From assembly GCA_040220235.1 (NCBI GenBank), contig JAVJTO010000017.1: a stretch of 64,000 nucleotides of DNA, one strand, 5' to 3'. Shown here one piece after another: positions 60,332 through 64,000 of the stretch (position 1 is its first letter; each line of letters begins with the position of its first letter). The stretch comes from Coleofasciculus sp. B1-GNL1-01 (GTDB lineage: Bacteria > Cyanobacteriota > Cyanobacteriia > Cyanobacteriales > Coleofasciculaceae). A program made the translations under genes and the position numbers. The notes under the pieces were generated by a model. That model saw only the letters and a program-made list of their open reading frames with translations. It made no database searches and was not told the DNA's origin.

Positions 60332-62509
60332 ATGTATCACCTTTCTCGCCGTCACTTCTTACAATTTGCTGGCTCAACTTTAGCCACCTTGGGATTAAGC
60401 CAGTGGGATATTATCCAAAAAAGCCATCGCTATGCTAAAGTTCTCGCCCAAGATACTCCACGTAAGTTGGCGCTGTTAGTCGGAATTAATCAGTATCCCA
60501 ATAGCGATCGCTTCGGCAATTTAGCAGGCTGTGTCACAGATGTAGATTTGCAAGAATACCTGCTGATTCACCGTTTTGGTTTCCATCCCCATGATATTAT
60601 CAGCTTAACAAGTGATGAAACTCCGGACAAGCAACCGACTCGCCAGATAATCTTAACTGCGTTTGAAGAACATTTAATTAAACAAGCAAAACCCGGAGAT
60701 GTCGTTGTTTTCCATTTTTCCGGTCATGGTTCCCGATTATACGACCCAAATTCCCTCCAAAACTGCCCCAACCAAATTGTTAATGATGAATTGAATAGCA
60801 CGTTAGTTCCGGCGGATGACGGGCAAAATGGCATTGCACTAGATATTATGGGACGCAGTTTATTTCTGCTGATGTCGGCGTTAAATACTGAAAATGTTAC
60901 GGCAGTACTGGATAGTTGTTACTCTGGGGGTGGCACTCGTGGAAACTTTCGCGTGCGTTCTGTTTCCGGTAAAGAATTTCAACCCAGCCCGGAAGAAATT
61001 GCCTATCAAAAACGCTGGATGGAAATGTTACAACTATCTCCGGAAAAAGTTACTAATCGGCGCTGTCGGGGAGTCGCTAAAGGGATTGTTGTTGCCTCCG
61101 CGCAACGGGATCAAGAAGCTTTAGATGCTTATTTAGGTGGCTTTTATGCGGGGGCGTTTACCTACCTGATGACACAGTATCTCTGGCAGCAAACAGATAC
61201 GGTAGGAAATGCTATTGCCAAGATTGCTCACAACATAAAGTCCCTTTCTCGTCAAGTGCCGTTAGCGGATGGCGATCGCAATCGTCCTATCTACTTTTTT
61301 AACCGACAAGTGCCTCCTGCGGATGCGGTGATTACCCAAGTTAACGGTGACGAGGCAATGTTGTGGCTGGGGGGAGTTGGGAGAGAAAGTTTGGAAGCGT
61401 TTCAGCCGGGTGCTACATTTGCAATGGCAAACGATGGGGGACAGAATTCTGGCAAGGTAGAGTTGGTATCCCGTGACGGTTTGTGGGGGGAAGCGAAGTT
61501 GGTGGAAACCGATGGAGTGACTTCGCTGCAACCGGGAATGCTGCTGCAAGAATACAGTCGCGTCATTCCGGCGAATCTCACTCTCCGCCTCGGTGTCGAT
61601 CCGTCACTTTCGGGTGAGATTAATCTACTACAAAATGCGATCGCGGCTCTGCCTCGGACGGAAATTATTCCCGCACAACCGGGAAATGTTCCCTATCCTG
61701 GCGGCGTGCAATCTATCCTCAGTCGGGTGAGTGTCGATTCTTATCGGGAATTGCAACGGGATGGGGTTGCTAATCTTCCGGCGGTGGGTAGTATTGGTTT
61801 ATTTACCGAAGCCTTTGTCCCCGTACCGCGATCGTTTGGTGAGGTGGGGGAAACGGTTACGGATGCGATCGAACGTCTCGAACCCAAACTAAAATCCTTT
61901 TTAGCTACCTATATTATTAAAAAAACGCTCAATGCAGGGGCTTCTCAACTGAATGTGGAGGTGTCGATGCATTTGGTAGAAAAACCGGAACGGGTACTTG
62001 CTAGAACAACGACAGGGCGAGAGCAAGCCAGTCAAGAGTCAGTGTATCCCAACCGCTTACCCGTACAAAAGCTGTTTCAGTTTCGCGTCACGAACCGGGA
62101 AAGCGAACCCCTGTATCTGACAACGCTGTTGATTGACTCTACGGGTGGGTTAGTGGTAGTGTTTCCTTATCTTTATCCCACGTCTAAGGAAGGGATGCGC
62201 TTAGATCCAGGGCGCACTTTAACGATTGGCGATCCGAAGCAATTGAGGTTACAGGCGAGGGAAAGCGGAACGGCTGAAGCGTTGGTAATTGCTAGCCGCA
62301 CGCCGATGGAAAGGGCGGTTAAAACGTTGGTATCGTTAGCGCAGGAGTTGAATCGGAGTGAGGGGGCGTTGGCGTTGAGGGAACCTGTTGAGGTGGTTGG
62401 GGATTTGTTGGCGGATTTGAGTGAGGAACGCAGTATTGCGGCTGTGAGAGCGAGGCGTATCAGTACGGCGGAGATTGCGACGTTGTCGATTACATTTGAG
62501 GTGAGCTGA
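60332..62509 (+). CDS. Caspase-family (peptidase C14) protein with Tat-like signal and C-terminal DUF4384-like domain
   Basis: SRRHFLQF twin-Arg motif, KLALLVGINQY, HFSGHGS and DSCYSG catalytic dyad. Confidence 0.9.
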   Translation: MYHLSRRHFLQFAGSTLATLGLSQWDIIQKSHRYAKVLAQDTPRKLALLVGINQYPNSDRFGNLAGCVTDVDLQEYLLIHRFGFHPHDIISLTSDETPDKQPTRQIILTAFEEHLIKQAKPGDVVVFHFSGHGSRLYDPNSLQNCPNQIVNDELNSTLVPADDGQNGIALDIMGRSLFLLMSALNTENVTAVLDSCYSGGGTRGNFRVRSVSGKEFQPSPEEIAYQKRWMEMLQLSPEKVTNRRCRGVAKGIVVASAQRDQEALDAYLGGFYAGAFTYLMTQYLWQQTDTVGNAIAKIAHNIKSLSRQVPLADGDRNRPIYFFNRQVPPADAVITQVNGDEAMLWLGGVGRESLEAFQPGATFAMANDGGQNSGKVELVSRDGLWGEAKLVETDGVTSLQPGMLLQEYSRVIPANLTLRLGVDPSLSGEINLLQNAIAALPRTEIIPAQPGNVPYPGGVQSILSRVSVDSYRELQRDGVANLPAVGSIGLFTEAFVPVPRSFGEVGETVTDAIERLEPKLKSFLATYIIKKTLNAGASQLNVEVSMHLVEKPERVLARTTTGREQASQESVYPNRLPVQKLFQFRVTNRESEPLYLTTLLIDSTGGLVVVFPYLYPTSKEGMRLDPGRTLTIGDPKQLRLQARESGTAEALVIASRTPMERAVKTLVSLAQELNRSEGALALREPVEVVGDLLADLSEERSIAAVRARRISTAEIATLSITFEVS

Positions 62510-62700
62510 GAGGATGTTTGAGAAGTCTAAAATGTCATGCTGAACGGAGCGATAGCGTAGTGAAGCATCTCGAACCGCAACGCTACACAGAGATTCTTCG
62601 CGCTCCACGGAGTTTACCCTCGAACCCTTCACTTCGTTCAAGGGCAAGCTCCGTGAAGGGTTGCGCTTAGAATGACAAGTGACACTTTTCAAACACCCTC
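62510..62700. mobile_element. IS5-family (IS1031-group-like) MITE with TGA target duplication
   Basis: TIRs GAGGATGTTTGAGAAGT / ACTTTTCAAACACCCTC, flanked by TGA at 62507-62509 and 62701-62703. Confidence 0.72.
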
Positions 62701-62832
62701 TGAGCGAGTGTGGAGAGTTCGCATACAACAAGCGTTCATTTCTCGATAAGTTGAGTAATTTTTTGCATAACCTTCTCCGTAGGGGAGATATGTACGAGCA
62801 GTTTGCTAACCCATTAATAGAGAAAGTTGTCT

Positions 62833-64000
62833 ATGTATCGTCATTTATACCGTCTTAGTGTTGTTACTGCCTCCTTACTCATTGGGGTGAGTTGTCCGTT
62901 ACCAGGGGTGGGGAATAGTGGGGGAAGTGGTGCTGCTTTGGCGCAGGCGCAGACAAGAGAAGAACGGAATAACGAGGCGCTGCGCCTATTAGAAGTAGGA
63001 GTTCAGCAGTATCAGCAAGGTCAGTTTGGAGAAGCTTTGGAGACGCTTCAAACTGTTTTAGTTATTGTCAGAGAAACTGGAGAGCGCCAATATGAAGGAA
63101 TAACTCTCCTCGGTATTGGGAGAGTTTACCAAAGCCTGGGACAGTACCCACAAGCGTTGGAGTCTTTTCAACAAGCTTTAGCCATTGCCCAAGACATTGG
63201 TGATCGGGCAGGAGAAGGTACAAGGCTCAGCAATATTGGGTCAGTTTACCGCAACCTGGGACAGTACCCACAAGCGTTGGAGTTTTATCAACAAGCCTTA
63301 GCCATTGTCCAAGACATTGGTGATAGGAGAGGAGAAGGTGCAACACTCAACAATATTGGGGAAGTTTATCGCAATCTGGGACAGTACCCACAAGCGTTGG
63401 AGTTTTATCAACAAGCTTTAGCCATTCGCACTGAAATTGGTGATAAGAGAGGAGAAGTTACAACACTCAACAATATTGGGTTAGTTTACGACAACTTGGG
63501 ACAGTACCCAAAAGCGCTGGAGTCTTATCAACAAGCTTTAGCCATTCTCCAAGACATTGGTGACTCTTCAGGAGAAGGTGCGATACTCAGCAATATTGGG
63601 TTAGTTTACTCCAACTTGGGACAGTACCCACAAGCGTTGGAGTCTTTTCAACAAGTCTTAGCCATTGCCCAAGATATTGGTGATAAGAGAGGAGAAGTTG
63701 TAACACTCAACAATATTGGGGTAGTTTACTTAAACTTGGGACAATACCCACAAGCGTTGGAGTCTTTTCAAAAAGTCTTAGCCATTGCCCAAGATATTGG
63801 TGACTCTTCAGGAGAAGGTAAAACGCTCAACAATATTGGGTTAGTTTACTTCAACTTGGGACAATACCCACAAGCGTTGGAGTCTTTTCAACAAGTCTTA
63901 GCCATTGCCCAAGATATTGGTGACTCTTCAGAAGAAGGTAAAACGCTCAACAATATTGGGGCAGTTTACGACAGCCTGGGACAGTACCCAAAAGCGCTGG
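62833..64000 (+). CDS. Exported TPR-repeat protein (partial, runs off the window; not in the ORF track)
   Basis: ATG 62833 opens MYRHLYRLSVVTASLLIG..ALAQAQ; 40-aa (120-nt) repeats NIGxVYxxLGQYPQALExxQQALAI; no stop before 64000. Confidence 0.9.
   Translation, partial: MYRHLYRLSVVTASLLIGVSCPLPGVGNSGGSGAALAQAQTREERNNEALRLLEVGVQQYQQGQFGEALETLQTVLVIVRETGERQYEGITLLGIGRVYQSLGQYPQALESFQQALAIAQDIGDRAGEGTRLSNIGSVYRNLGQYPQALEFYQQALAIVQDIGDRRGEGATLNNIGEVYRNLGQYPQALEFYQQALAIRTEIGDKRGEVTTLNNIGLVYDNLGQYPKALESYQQALAILQDIGDSSGEGAILSNIGLVYSNLGQYPQALESFQQVLAIAQDIGDKRGEVVTLNNIGVVYLNLGQYPQALESFQKVLAIAQDIGDSSGEGKTLNNIGLVYFNLGQYPQALESFQQVLAIAQDIGDSSEEGKTLNNIGAVYDSLGQYPKAL

Noticed and set aside
63100..64000. 120-bp repeats as a CRISPR array or DGR template/variable pair
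   Set aside because: They are in-frame coding TPR units without spacers; variation is not adenine-specific and no reverse transcriptase is in the window.

Overview
64 kb of a cyanobacterial chromosome. HIP1 (GCGATCGC) is abundant, as are heptamer/nonamer STRR tracts and REP/MITE-like elements; the style suggests a filamentous Oscillatoriales/Coleofasciculus-like genome (inference). Housekeeping genes: truB, argF, lexA with a double LexA box, sbcD, sigF, thiC with a TPP riboswitch, hrcA, a trpF-like gene and two class III adenylate cyclases. Three defence loci lie among them. (1) An AT-rich PARIS-like ATPase + DUF4435/TOPRIM pair behind sbcD. (2) A ~6.3 kb block between sigF and thiC, bounded by 32-bp direct repeats, carrying a Mokosh type I-like kinase-helicase + PLD pair and a polymorphic-toxin remnant with a probable immunity gene. 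(3) A rearranged type I-C CRISPR-Cas locus: divergent cas3; cas5-cas8c(cas11)-cas7; no cas1/2/4 in the window. Its cas7 lacks the N-terminus and is cut exactly at the last base of a convergent two-repeat, one-spacer array. Also present: a GT2/aminotransferase/GT-C glycosylation cluster, an SLH-WG-GHL10 protein with a MITE-derived linker, and a Tat-type caspase next to a TPR protein with hypervariable 120-bp repeats that runs off the window. Family names were assigned by motif recognition; no database searches were run.
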